Shown here: piece by piece, positions 30,843 through 40,918 of the stretch
How the letters are laid out: every line of letters begins with the position of its first letter
Position numbering within the stretch: position 1 is the stretch's first letter
DNA from: an uncultured Bacilli bacterium
GTDB lineage: Bacteria; Bacillota_I; Bacilli_A; RFN20; CAG-826
NCBI GenBank assembly: GCA_944336335.1
Contig: CALVLC010000036.1
Span: 1 to 56,421 of the forward strand
Reading direction: 5' to 3'
Length of the DNA: 56,421 nucleotides
Notes under the pieces: generated by a model
What the model was told of the DNA's origin: nothing
The model's input: the letters and a program-made list of their open reading frames with translations, nothing else
Databases searched by the model: none
Position numbers and translations under genes: made by a program

Positions 30843-32483
30843 CTATTCTGTAACTTCAACGATATGTAATGAATCAATTGTTAATGTGTAATCGTCACTA
30901 TATTGGCCAAGAAGTAAAGTAATTCTTCTATCTCTATTAACGGTTACATCTTTTGTCATTGTGTAAACAGGTGATTCAATTGTCTCGAATTTATTAGCTT
31001 CAGTGAAGATAATATCTGTTTTTGGTTCTGCATTATTTATAGCAGCTCTATCAGCAGCTAAGAATTCCATTCTTAAATTAGTAACGTTGAGTTTATCAAT
31101 CTTTGCATTCATAACTAATTTATAGCTGTGACCTTCTCTTAAAACTTGACCTTCAACATTTTGATAAAGTTGAACTGTCCAGTCAGAAGTATCTGTTTTT
31201 TCTGTATATCTTGCTTTAATTGTTGCTTGAGAATCAGCGTATGAAACTGTTGCTAAAGCTTTACCATCTTTTGCGTAAGCAGCACCATCTTCAAATGTCC
31301 AATATGCACCATTATCATCAAAGTCAGCATTCATATAGTCATATTCATTCTCTCTAACAATTGAAGCTTTGTAGGTAATTTGTCTTCTAAAATAAGATAA
31401 ATTGCCTTCGCTATCTTCATATTTCCAAATTTCACCAAAGCAAGCACCTGTAAATGTAGATGGCCATGCTTCTGTTGGTTGAGCGCCTTCTCTAACTAAT
31501 TCAACAGGATTTCCAGCAGCATCAACTGCTGTAACAGGTGCAAGATTTTTATATTCTTCAAATGAAGTTACTGTAACATTGTGATCACCAGTAAATTCAA
31601 CGCCTGTTGTATTAGCGACTTTGTCCATTTTTTCGACTTTAACATTATCAATATAGATTTTTGCTGGAGCGTCATCTTTTTCTGTCCAACGACCAACCAT
31701 GATACCTAATTTAGTATCTTCGCAATCTACATCGGATGTATAGTAGAAATTAAATGTTTGCCATTCACTTGTTGTTGCATAACCAACTGAGTTAGGATTT
31801 CCAGATTCAATGACTTTATAACCTGCACCTGGATTTTCTAAAGTTACACCAACTGTATGACCAGTATCGCTCTTTGCAGAAATACTAACTTTATAAGTTA
31901 CACCTTTTTCAACTTGTAAGCCTCTTGTTTCTGCTTGGTTTTGCCAATATTCATTTCCAGAAGCACCAGTTGTTAAAACCATACAATGTTCTTCTTCGTC
32001 ATAGGAAGCTGAAACTGATGAACCAGTATTTCCGTTTGCTGACCAGTTAGCAATGCTATTATCAAATGTTCCGTTAACAACATAAGTTCCTTGGTTAACA
32101 ATAACCATTCTATCTGCATGAGCATCATCACTATTTACAAGTTCATCACCATCGAATGCATCATATGAAATATAATAAGCACCTGTTTTTTCCATGTTAA
32201 CGATATCACTTTGTTCTTCGTTAACTTTAACAGTCAATTCTTTACCATCTTCGGTTTTCGCACTTACACCGGCAAGTAAATCTGGTTCTTTTTCAAAAAG
32301 ATATGTTTCGATGTCTTCTAATCCAGACCAGATGACTTCGACTTTTTCATCTGTAGTGTCTCCTGGATTATTACCATCATTAGAATCGTCAGGTGTTCCT
32401 TGTTCTCCACAAGAAGTCATACCAACGATTGCTCCGAGTGAGAGTACACTTAATAGTGCTATTCCTAAAAATTTTCTTTTCAT
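30843..32483 (-). CDS. Lipoprotein with Ig-like domain and two CBM4/9-like domains
   Basis: MTSC lipobox; NGTFDNSIANW..YIDNVKV and NADFDDNGAYW..TIDSLHI. Confidence 0.8.
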   Translation of the reverse strand: MKRKFLGIALLSVLSLGAIVGMTSCGEQGTPDDSNDGNNPGDTTDEKVEVIWSGLEDIETYLFEKEPDLLAGVSAKTEDGKELTVKVNEEQSDIVNMEKTGAYYISYDAFDGDELVNSDDAHADRMVIVNQGTYVVNGTFDNSIANWSANGNTGSSVSASYDEEEHCMVLTTGASGNEYWQNQAETRGLQVEKGVTYKVSISAKSDTGHTVGVTLENPGAGYKVIESGNPNSVGYATTSEWQTFNFYYTSDVDCEDTKLGIMVGRWTEKDDAPAKIYIDNVKVEKMDKVANTTGVEFTGDHNVTVTSFEEYKNLAPVTAVDAAGNPVELVREGAQPTEAWPSTFTGACFGEIWKYEDSEGNLSYFRRQITYKASIVRENEYDYMNADFDDNGAYWTFEDGAAYAKDGKALATVSYADSQATIKARYTEKTDTSDWTVQLYQNVEGQVLREGHSYKLVMNAKIDKLNVTNLRMEFLAADRAAINNAEPKTDIIFTEANKFETIESPVYTMTKDVTVNRDRRITLLLGQYSDDYTLTIDSLHIVEVTE

Positions 32484-32608
32484 AGTATCCTCCTATTTTT
32501 AGTGATTTTAGTTTAAAACAATCTTTTTTAAATACAAAAAAACGACCTTTCACGACAACAATCGATAAATGCCTTATTTATCGTATTTTTTGATAATTTA
32601 ATAGAAAA

Positions 32609-32628
32609 AAACATTAATTTTAATGTAA
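32609..32628. promoter_or_regulatory. ACATTA-N4-TAATGT motif copy
   Basis: AAACATTAATTTTAATGTAA upstream of the 32483 start. Confidence 0.55.
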
Positions 32629-32661
32629 GCGCTTACCTTAAATTTTTTGGAAGCGCTTACA
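32624..32661. promoter_or_regulatory. Two cre-like / LacI-type operators (TGTAAGCGCTTACC at 32624-32637; TGGAAGCGCTTACA at 32648-32661)
   Basis: Each is one mismatch from the ideal palindrome TGTAAGCGCTTACA. Confidence 0.65.
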
Positions 32662-32796
32662 ATTTTACAACTTTTGCAAGTATTTTTTTCATTAAAATTT
32701 TTCAAGCATTCAAAAAAGACGATAATTATCGACTTAATAGTTTTTCAATTGAAATTTTTGCTAAAAATATTGTCGCTGATTTTAATTTAAAAAAAT

Positions 32797-32816
32797 TTAC
32801 AATAATTTTAATGTAA
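32797..32816. promoter_or_regulatory. ACATTA-N4-TAATGT motif copy (1 mismatch)
   Basis: TTACAATAATTTTAATGTAA. Confidence 0.55.
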
Positions 32817-32862
32817 ATAAAATTAGCATTAATTTTGGAAGCATGTTTTAGTACTTTTATGC

Positions 32863-32896
32863 AAAAAGAAAACGCCCCTCAATGAAGAAGGACGTT
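32863..32896 (-). terminator. Intrinsic terminator
   Basis: Minus-strand RNA AACGUCCUUC-UUCAUU-GAGGGGCGUU followed by UUCUUUUU, after the 32920 stop. Confidence 0.65.
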
Positions 32897-32919
32897 ACGA
32901 GAATACTAACCTTTAATAT

Positions 32920-33579
32920 TTAAATAGAAACAAATGTAGAAGGATTAGACCAATTGCAACCATTTCCTGTGTAATAAGCCCAGGTGCTATCAACATTATA
33001 TATATGTGTATTTCTTATAGCTGGGCAATAAACAATATTATCTTGCGCTTCTTCTTTTGTAAGGCCTAATAAATCATAAGACATATAAATCTCGGCATTA
33101 AAACCAGTTTTAACACCACCGGTTTCTATATAAATAAGTTTATAGTCAAGATTCTCACCTAAAACAATGCCCATTGATTTATCAAATCTATCACCTAATG
33201 AGTTAGCCCCAACCGCTCTTTCAAAATATATTTCACCATTAGCTGATAAAAGAAAATGATATGTTTTACCAACTTCCCAACTTGATGAAGCTGTTTTCTT
33301 TGAGATCAAGAATTCAATATTATCGTTATAGCCAATATCATATGTATTATCAACAATCAAAGCTTCTTCATCAACAAAGTTAACTTTAATCCTGATTCCA
33401 TCTTCTTCATAGGCACTTTCAAAAGTAGCATTTACAGTTGAAGATGAATTAGGGCTTCTAAAGGTAATTTGATTTAATGCTTCTTCTGCTTTTACTTCAT
33501 TTGCTTTTTCTACATCTTTGTTTATACTTGGTGCTACACACATCGCACCAAGTAAAACAGGTAATAATAATTTTTTCAT
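32920..33579 (-). CDS. Secreted protein, DOMON/CBM9-like beta-sandwich
   Basis: Signal peptide; DNIEFLI and FNAEIYMSYDLLG resemble CBM9/DOMON-type strands. Confidence 0.55.
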   Translation of the reverse strand: MKKLLLPVLLGAMCVAPSINKDVEKANEVKAEEALNQITFRSPNSSSTVNATFESAYEEDGIRIKVNFVDEEALIVDNTYDIGYNDNIEFLISKKTASSSWEVGKTYHFLLSANGEIYFERAVGANSLGDRFDKSMGIVLGENLDYKLIYIETGGVKTGFNAEIYMSYDLLGLTKEEAQDNIVYCPAIRNTHIYNVDSTWAYYTGNGCNWSNPSTFVSI

Positions 33580-33581
33580 AA

Positions 33582-36428
33582 TTATCTAATAACCAAACAT
33601 CTATAAGATTCTTTTGGAGAACTTAAAGACATGATTCCTCCTCTAATAGTGACTGGTACATTTTCATCATTGAATGCATCATAGAAAACATATTCACCAT
33701 CTTCAAAATTTAATTCTGTATTGATTAAATTAATTTGATAATCAATATCAACTATTGCGTAATTAAATATTGGCATAACTATTGAATTATTGTGCATATC
33801 TTTCTTTAAATATGCATAAATTTTACTTTCATTTATTGAACTTAATCTATAACGATGTCCAGTTGGATTTAAAGCAGCCATTGAGTTTTGTAAACCAAAT
33901 AATGAGTGGATTTGATTTTGTATACCTTCATCCCAAGTGGCCATAATATCTTGACCGATTCGAGCATCACTTCCTGAATGTAAGAAAGCTAAATGACCAG
34001 TTTGAGTAACAAGAGCTGCTTCTAAAACTCTATTATTTCCTGTTTCATTTAAGTAGTTATCTTCAAAATTCATACAACCCATTGAGACTCCACCTAGAGA
34101 AACAGTCATATCACGATTATTTTTAAGAACATTTTCTGTGTCATTAACACTATTAGTTTGAGCGTTATTTAACCCAAGTGAAAATGCACCACCACCCCAG
34201 CTGGAAAGACCATAATTTTGTATACAAGAATAATGGTAGCTAGAAATAAAACTATTATCTCCTGTACCTTCTGGGAGAGCAAATAAGTTTTTCTTAATCA
34301 TTGTTTTTGTAATTGTTTCGTAAGTTACTTTACTAGCATTTGCGTTTCCAAAGTAATAGACATTTGGGGCATCAAGAGCGATGCCATCAAATCCAATTGA
34401 TGACCAATAATCAATGTAGTTATAAACTTCATCTTGCCACTCTTTGTTTTCAAAATTGAAGGTTGGAATTTGGCCATTTTCTCCCCAATATCCATAGTAA
34501 TAAGCTTTTGCAATATCGCTATAGAACCATTTTGTTGGATCTGGACATGTGTCAGAGAAAACAAACCAATTTCTTTCTTTTGAATTTATACCTAATGCAT
34601 AATCTTTGCAGGCTTTTTTAAAATAATCAGCGGTATTTTTACCATAACCGACATTACCAAACATAAAGACATACATATCACGTTTATGAGCCTCATCAAG
34701 AAGTCTTAATAAATCATCAAGTGTACCAATCAGTGGGTCAACCATGTAGTTGTTTGTGCCACCAAGACCTGCCCAAATATCAGCTAAACCTTCATATGGT
34801 TGATGAAGTTCAATAACTTTGTATCCGCTATTTCTAAACTCATCAAGTCTAGAAGTTATTTCATTCAAACTTACTTTTTGTAGTTTAGGATAAAATCTAA
34901 TAACGCCACTATTGTCTTCCCACCAGTTTTCAACTTCCTTGTTTCCAAGTCCATATAAACTTAAGTTAACAATTTCAGCTTGTTTATCACTATGAGGAGT
35001 TACGGTTATTCTAATGTATCTACCTTCATTTATGCTTGCATTTTCAAGTTGTAATTTAGTTGTTTCATCTAAAATGCCCGCAAAAGTATTGTAATTTTGA
35101 TAAGTTTTGCCATCATTACTTACTTCAATTTCGACTTCAGATAAAACGCCAGCAGGTATAGAAAGCTCAAATTTATTAAGCAAACTAACTCTTCCTAAAT
35201 CATATTCAATTGTTTCAGTTTGACCAACTCTAGATGATTTCCAAGTTTTAGATGTGTTGTCTTTATGATTTTCGCTCATTGTAATATTTGATAATAAATG
35301 ATCATGATCTAAATAATCACTAACCATACCATCCATACCTTCTAAAAGTGAATTTTGAAGGACTGTTCCAAAAAGTTTAACGTCACTTCCAGCTCTTACA
35401 AATTTAGTGACAACTCCTTCGCTTTCACTATTTAAAGTTGACCAAGTCGAGCCATCCATTGAATATTCGATAGTTTCACTTCCACTAAATGAATCAACGT
35501 AAACTAATGAATCAAAAGAACGAACATTGTCTTCTAAAGTATAATCGCTAAGTTCTTTAAAACCATTAATTTCAAATTCATTTAAATTTGCCCAGCCAGG
35601 TCCAGCAAAAGTACGGTAAACAAAAGCATCATATTTGCCATTTACTTCAAAGCTAAAAGTTGAACCTGAAAATTTGGCACGTTCTACAACCTTTTCCCAT
35701 TCGCCATTTTCATTACGACCTTCAACTTCAAATTCATAACTACCGTAATCATTTAATCTAAGTACAATGTCTTTGACATAGTTAAAAGAACCAAGTTCTA
35801 CACTTAACCATTGGGAATAACTACCAGTACTTGCGCACCAATAAGTTGCACCATTTCCATCAAAAGCCTTTTCAGGACGATAACTAGTTTGAGAAGATGA
35901 AGCATCACCTTTTAAACCTAAAGCTAAATTTTCACCAGCACTTAATTCAGTTAAGTTTACATAAAATTCTTTACTTGATGGCATATAACCTTTTTCTGAT
36001 TTAATGATGTTTAGTCGAATATAACGAGCAAATGTTGTAACACTTTCTTCAAATGAACGCCCAAACGCACCTTTAGAATGATCAACTAGTTCAAAATAAT
36101 TTTCACCATCAACACTGGCTTCGATTGTGAAAAACCAAACATCTTCATCTTTAAATACTTGAGTTACTGAACTTAGTCTTTTAACTGAAAGTAAATCAAG
36201 TGTAATTGATTCATTTTCTTTCTTTGTTCCTTCCCAATAAGTATCATAGTCAAAATCATTTATAAGTGTCTTTGTGTGTTCGCCAGATTCTGAAGAAACA
36301 CTAATCTCTGAATCATAATTTAAATAAGATTTTTCCATCATTAAATTTGAAGTACCATTATTACTATTTCCTACACTACCTAAGAGCAATGTAAAAGGAA
36401 CTATACTTTTTAAATTAAACTTTCTCAT
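33582..36428 (-). CDS. Secreted protein: three F5/8 type C (CBM32-like) domains plus an atypical GH13-like catalytic domain
   Basis: AFDGNGATYW and ITLDL..RYIRL discoidin motifs; GTLDDLLRLLDEAHKRDMYV, PTFNFENKEWQ and GFDGIALDA GH13-like regions. Confidence 0.75.
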   Translation of the reverse strand: MRKFNLKSIVPFTLLLGSVGNSNNGTSNLMMEKSYLNYDSEISVSSESGEHTKTLINDFDYDTYWEGTKKENESITLDLLSVKRLSSVTQVFKDEDVWFFTIEASVDGENYFELVDHSKGAFGRSFEESVTTFARYIRLNIIKSEKGYMPSSKEFYVNLTELSAGENLALGLKGDASSSQTSYRPEKAFDGNGATYWCASTGSYSQWLSVELGSFNYVKDIVLRLNDYGSYEFEVEGRNENGEWEKVVERAKFSGSTFSFEVNGKYDAFVYRTFAGPGWANLNEFEINGFKELSDYTLEDNVRSFDSLVYVDSFSGSETIEYSMDGSTWSTLNSESEGVVTKFVRAGSDVKLFGTVLQNSLLEGMDGMVSDYLDHDHLLSNITMSENHKDNTSKTWKSSRVGQTETIEYDLGRVSLLNKFELSIPAGVLSEVEIEVSNDGKTYQNYNTFAGILDETTKLQLENASINEGRYIRITVTPHSDKQAEIVNLSLYGLGNKEVENWWEDNSGVIRFYPKLQKVSLNEITSRLDEFRNSGYKVIELHQPYEGLADIWAGLGGTNNYMVDPLIGTLDDLLRLLDEAHKRDMYVFMFGNVGYGKNTADYFKKACKDYALGINSKERNWFVFSDTCPDPTKWFYSDIAKAYYYGYWGENGQIPTFNFENKEWQDEVYNYIDYWSSIGFDGIALDAPNVYYFGNANASKVTYETITKTMIKKNLFALPEGTGDNSFISSYHYSCIQNYGLSSWGGGAFSLGLNNAQTNSVNDTENVLKNNRDMTVSLGGVSMGCMNFEDNYLNETGNNRVLEAALVTQTGHLAFLHSGSDARIGQDIMATWDEGIQNQIHSLFGLQNSMAALNPTGHRYRLSSINESKIYAYLKKDMHNNSIVMPIFNYAIVDIDYQINLINTELNFEDGEYVFYDAFNDENVPVTIRGGIMSLSSPKESYRCLVIR

Positions 36429-38761
36429 ATATTATCCTCAGACTTTAAAACTGGATAACCATTAGAACCATCAGTGAAACTACCATTTAAACTTGATGCT
36501 AATGTTTTCAATTCTTCTTCACTTACTCTATCAATATCAGTAAAGACAAGAGATTCACCTGCACTATATTTAATTTCATCGTTAGCAAAATAATAACAAT
36601 TACTTATTGTTTTTAAATTATCCCCGCTAAATCCCCCTAATAAATTAATTTTTGCTTCGCGATTATTTTCAATATTGGTTTTTGAATAGGAATCTTTAAT
36701 GTTTCCTAAATCAAAGTTAGCACCTGTAAATCCACCGATTGCTTTTTCTTCTGTGATATTAGATGATTTGATTTCACTAATAGCATAAGAAGATTCAATT
36801 GTACGATAGTTCTTTCCAACAAGTCCACCAAGATAAACAGTCGAACCTTTATCAACATTTATTGTTGATTCAGAACTTGTCATATAAAGTTCGCCACTAT
36901 TTCTACCCACGAGTCCACCAAGATAGGATTCAATTTCATTAGCCGATGCTTCAACACTTCCATTAGCACTTGAATTTTTAATTAATGAATCTTCATTAAT
37001 TCCAACAAGCCCACCAAAAACAACTCCGTTTGCATCAATTTCACTATCAAATTTGACGTTTACGTTTTTAATTGATGATTTTAAAGCATAGCCACTTAAA
37101 CCACCAACAATAACATTGTTAGATAAGTTTTCAATCTTTCCAGAAACTTTAACATTTAAATTCTTAACTACACCGTTTAAGAACCCAAATAAACCATCTT
37201 GACTATTTTTACTAGCAGCTGAAACTTCGTAAGTAACAGTATGACCAGCACCATCTAAAATACCTTTAAATGGATTTTGATAGTTACCAATTGGAGAATA
37301 ATTTTCAGCTGAAATTGTAATATCATTAGTTAATTTATATTTTCCATTTAAATTATCTTTAATTGCCAAAAATTCTTCAGCAGTTGAAATTTCTTGATAT
37401 TTTACATCTGAATCAATCTTTTCAAAATTTGAATGAACTGATGGTAAATATCCATCTTTAACATTGAAAACCTCACTAAATCCAAGTTTTTCTAAAAATT
37501 CTTTACTAGAAACTTCATCGTAACTTAACGATTCAAAATAAAGATTTTCTTTTAAAGAAGTTCTAGATCCATTATAGGAAATGATGTTTTGTTTATCATA
37601 GCCAAATAAGTTTTCAACTGTTCCACTGTCTGCTTCTAAACTACTTTTAAAATTTCTTCCTACAGTGTTACCACTAAAAACATAGCCACTATCTGAAACA
37701 ACATTTACATCACTTAATCCAAATGAATTGCTAACTTTTCCACCATTATTATCAGCAACTAAGGACGCACCAAAAGCTTGATAATCATGGCTTCTACTTC
37801 TAATAATTTTGTCGTTTGAATAAACATGAGTAATTTCGCCAAAATTAAAAGCACTTACTCCTCCACTATAAGAAGATGTATTGTGTCCAGTTGTATTTGA
37901 AACAATATAATCAGCACTTGAATAAGAATAAGTTAATTTACTATCAAAAGGATTTCCGCCACCATTATATGCAACAATTCCACCAGTAAACACGTTTACA
38001 TTAGAATAATTGGAAAGATTTGCAAAATTTTCTGAAAGTAAAATTTCTCCTTGATCATTACGCGCGTTGATAGCTCCTAAATATACTCCACCTCTTTCTT
38101 TTTCAGTTGAAATAGAGATATCACCATAAGCACTACATTCTCTAATTAAGCCACCTTTTTTAAGGTAAGCAACAAGAGGTGAAACATAAGTTGCTTCTTT
38201 AAAACTTGCTTTAATATTTGTTTCAACTTTTACATTAAAAATTGTACCTTCAACTACCCCAAATAATGCACTATATTCTTTATCTGGTAAGTTGAAATTA
38301 GATAAGGTGTGACCATTACCATTAAAATAACCTTTAAATGTGTTTGTATAGTCAAAACCTAAATCAATTATTTCTCCTTTAAAATCAATATCATTAACTA
38401 AACGATAATTACCTTCGCTTGTAATGTTTTTAAAATCTTCTGCTGTTGAAATTTCAATAACATCAGCACTAGATTCAGTTAAAGCAAAATAAGTTTCGCC
38501 TTCTTTTAAAGATGTAGAATAATCTGCTTTTACTAAAAAAGTGTCATCAGTATAAAAATCTATAACTGATCTATTTTCAATTTCAACATTAAATAAAGAG
38601 GAAAGAGTTTCTCCTTCCTTAAATGTAATTTCATATAGACTTTCTTGGTCTTTAATAAATGCTTTTAATTCTTTTTCCTCATTAGCGACTTCTCCGCCAC
38701 ATGATGTGGCGGATAAGGTTGCTAATAAAGGAATTGTTAACAACAATAATTTCTTTTTCAT
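36425..38761 (-). CDS. GLUG-repeat surface lipoprotein (two modules)
   Basis: ATSC lipobox; EISTAEDF..YRLVNDI..FKGYFNGNGHT and EISTAEEF..YKLTNDI..FKGILDGAGHT; many xGGLVGxN repeats; ATGA overlap with the next gene. Confidence 0.8.
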   Translation of the reverse strand: MKKKLLLLTIPLLATLSATSCGGEVANEEKELKAFIKDQESLYEITFKEGETLSSLFNVEIENRSVIDFYTDDTFLVKADYSTSLKEGETYFALTESSADVIEISTAEDFKNITSEGNYRLVNDIDFKGEIIDLGFDYTNTFKGYFNGNGHTLSNFNLPDKEYSALFGVVEGTIFNVKVETNIKASFKEATYVSPLVAYLKKGGLIRECSAYGDISISTEKERGGVYLGAINARNDQGEILLSENFANLSNYSNVNVFTGGIVAYNGGGNPFDSKLTYSYSSADYIVSNTTGHNTSSYSGGVSAFNFGEITHVYSNDKIIRSRSHDYQAFGASLVADNNGGKVSNSFGLSDVNVVSDSGYVFSGNTVGRNFKSSLEADSGTVENLFGYDKQNIISYNGSRTSLKENLYFESLSYDEVSSKEFLEKLGFSEVFNVKDGYLPSVHSNFEKIDSDVKYQEISTAEEFLAIKDNLNGKYKLTNDITISAENYSPIGNYQNPFKGILDGAGHTVTYEVSAASKNSQDGLFGFLNGVVKNLNVKVSGKIENLSNNVIVGGLSGYALKSSIKNVNVKFDSEIDANGVVFGGLVGINEDSLIKNSSANGSVEASANEIESYLGGLVGRNSGELYMTSSESTINVDKGSTVYLGGLVGKNYRTIESSYAISEIKSSNITEEKAIGGFTGANFDLGNIKDSYSKTNIENNREAKINLLGGFSGDNLKTISNCYYFANDEIKYSAGESLVFTDIDRVSEEELKTLASSLNGSFTDGSNGYPVLKSEDNI

Positions 38762-38768
38762 AATTTAA

Positions 38769-40793
38769 TTAAATAATTGGTGATCCAATTCCATGGATCT
38801 CTAATGTATTACAGTTAGTAAAACCACCTTTGTTATAAGTTTCAATTTTTAAATATCTAAAGCTTTGTTCTTCGCCTTCTAAAACAGCTGTGTAGGATTG
38901 TTCATTGCTACCACCATTTTCATTTGCAGTTGTATCCAAGACGTTAATAAATTCTTGATTATCTTTAGAGACGTAAATCTTTAATTGGTAGTTATAGTTT
39001 GCGCCTGGATCTTGATATTTATAGAAAATATCATTAGCTAAGACATTAATCCCAAGGTCAAGATTGATTGTTTCTTTTGTATCGCCAGCAAGAGCACACC
39101 AGAACCTTCCTTGAGCTTGCTTACAATCTTTATTCATAACCATCATATTTTCCCAGAAACCAGCATCTTGGCTTCTAGTTGATGCTGTTGGTTTTGTATT
39201 TAAAGCTAAATTATGAATAAATGATGCAGAATATACTTTAAATGTTGATAAATCAGCAGTTCCAGTTACTTTTACATATCTACATTCTTTGTTAAATACA
39301 GCATAACCATTTTCAATAGTAGGTGTAACAGCTTCAAAGGTTTTGTTATCTAAAGATGTTTCAAATGTTAATCCACTTGCTTCGCCAATATAAATTCTAG
39401 AAAGATATGATTGACTTCCTAAATCCATAACATTTTCAGCGACACTAACATCTTTATTTAATTTAAATCCATTAACTTTCATTTCAGACATTGCTGGCCA
39501 TGCATTTGCTGAATTAGCTTGATTATAATGAACAAGTAAAGAAGAAACCAAATCATTAATTTCAAGTTTAATATAATTAAATTCTTCTGTATTGTTTAAT
39601 AAATTCAATTCATCCTTTTGAATCCATTGACCACCATTTGCAACACTTGCATAATCAACATTGAATTTATGATCTGTTTCATTAGGGAAATATAGTTCAA
39701 TATTATCTACATAATAATCTTCATTAGTATCAATACCCATATAATGGTTATCATGCGGTGAATTACAACAGTGATAATTTCCAGTATTACCATCAAACAT
39801 TTTTTCAGGTTCGAATCCTCCAGCATGGCAATCTGCTAAACCTTTTTGGCCATAAGCAAGATTGATTCCTTCATTTAATTCAGTAAATTCAACTTCAAAT
39901 TCCTTACTGGTTGCAACAATATCACTTTCAGCGATATCCATTTTGATGTAACGATAATAACCAGTTAAATTTCTTTCAAACTTTGAACCAACTGTAGCTT
40001 CTGAATTATCTAATAATGGTACATATGTTGTTCCATCGATGGATCCTGAAATTGTGAAATTCCAAGAAGCCATATCGACAAATTCTTGACTAATATAATT
40101 AACTGATTTTGTAGCACCAAGGTCTAAAGTTAAAGTTTGCGCACTTCCATCTTGTGCTTTCCAATATGTTTCAGCATTTCCATCGGCAGCATAATCAATA
40201 CGATATTCAACACCTGCTTCACTAGTAACTTCAATATTGTATTTTACTTCAACTGGGACCAAGTCAAATTTTGCATATAATTTAATATCACTTGTAATAA
40301 TAGTTGTTTCAAAATCAAATTCTATAGTTAATTCTTTATCACTTGCCCAAAAATCAAACGTGTATCCATTTTTTGTAGGATCAGTAGGTTTTGTGACTAA
40401 TTCTCCTTCAGTAATTTCAAAACTTGTTTCGCCATCAAGTGTTCCACCATTAAGTTCTAATGTGACCGTGAAAGTTTTAACTTCTTCTTCTACTTTTTCA
40501 AATCCAGCATATAAAGTTAAATTTGATGTAATTGCTGTATCGAAGCTAAATTTATCTTCTTCTTTACAATCTGCAGAAGTATACCAGCCAGTAAAAGTAT
40601 AACCATCTTTTTTTGGCTCTTCTATTGCAGTAACTTTTTCTCCTGCTTCTACTGTTTTATCTGTTTTGACGCCATCAACGTTGAATGTAACTGTATAAGT
40701 TTGATTCTCTTCGACTGTAGGTTCAGCTTGACAACTACTCATAGATAATACGCCAAAAGTAGTTAAAGCTAATACTAATAATGCTTTTCTCAT
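38769..40793 (-). CDS. Lipoprotein with two InlB B-repeats and three F5/8 type C domains
   Basis: MSSC lipobox; PKKDGYTFTGWY and PTKNGYTFDFW; ADGNAETYW, MFDGNTGNY and RYLKI discoidin motifs. Confidence 0.8.
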   Translation of the reverse strand: MRKALLVLALTTFGVLSMSSCQAEPTVEENQTYTVTFNVDGVKTDKTVEAGEKVTAIEEPKKDGYTFTGWYTSADCKEEDKFSFDTAITSNLTLYAGFEKVEEEVKTFTVTLELNGGTLDGETSFEITEGELVTKPTDPTKNGYTFDFWASDKELTIEFDFETTIITSDIKLYAKFDLVPVEVKYNIEVTSEAGVEYRIDYAADGNAETYWKAQDGSAQTLTLDLGATKSVNYISQEFVDMASWNFTISGSIDGTTYVPLLDNSEATVGSKFERNLTGYYRYIKMDIAESDIVATSKEFEVEFTELNEGINLAYGQKGLADCHAGGFEPEKMFDGNTGNYHCCNSPHDNHYMGIDTNEDYYVDNIELYFPNETDHKFNVDYASVANGGQWIQKDELNLLNNTEEFNYIKLEINDLVSSLLVHYNQANSANAWPAMSEMKVNGFKLNKDVSVAENVMDLGSQSYLSRIYIGEASGLTFETSLDNKTFEAVTPTIENGYAVFNKECRYVKVTGTADLSTFKVYSASFIHNLALNTKPTASTRSQDAGFWENMMVMNKDCKQAQGRFWCALAGDTKETINLDLGINVLANDIFYKYQDPGANYNYQLKIYVSKDNQEFINVLDTTANENGGSNEQSYTAVLEGEEQSFRYLKIETYNKGGFTNCNTLEIHGIGSPII

Positions 40794-40854
40794 TTTGCTT
40801 TTCCTCGCTTTGTTAATTCAATATTATTGCATTAATTTTTGTAAGTCAATAAAA

Positions 40855-40876
40855 TTTAGGTTATCGTTAACCTAAA
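40855..40876. promoter_or_regulatory. LacI-type operator candidate (22-bp imperfect palindrome with central CG)
   Basis: TTTAGGTTATCGTTAACCTAAA in the divergent promoter between 40793 and 40948. Confidence 0.55.
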
Positions 40877-40918
40877 ATTGAATAAAATGCGATAACCACC
40901 GATAAAATCTCTATTGCA

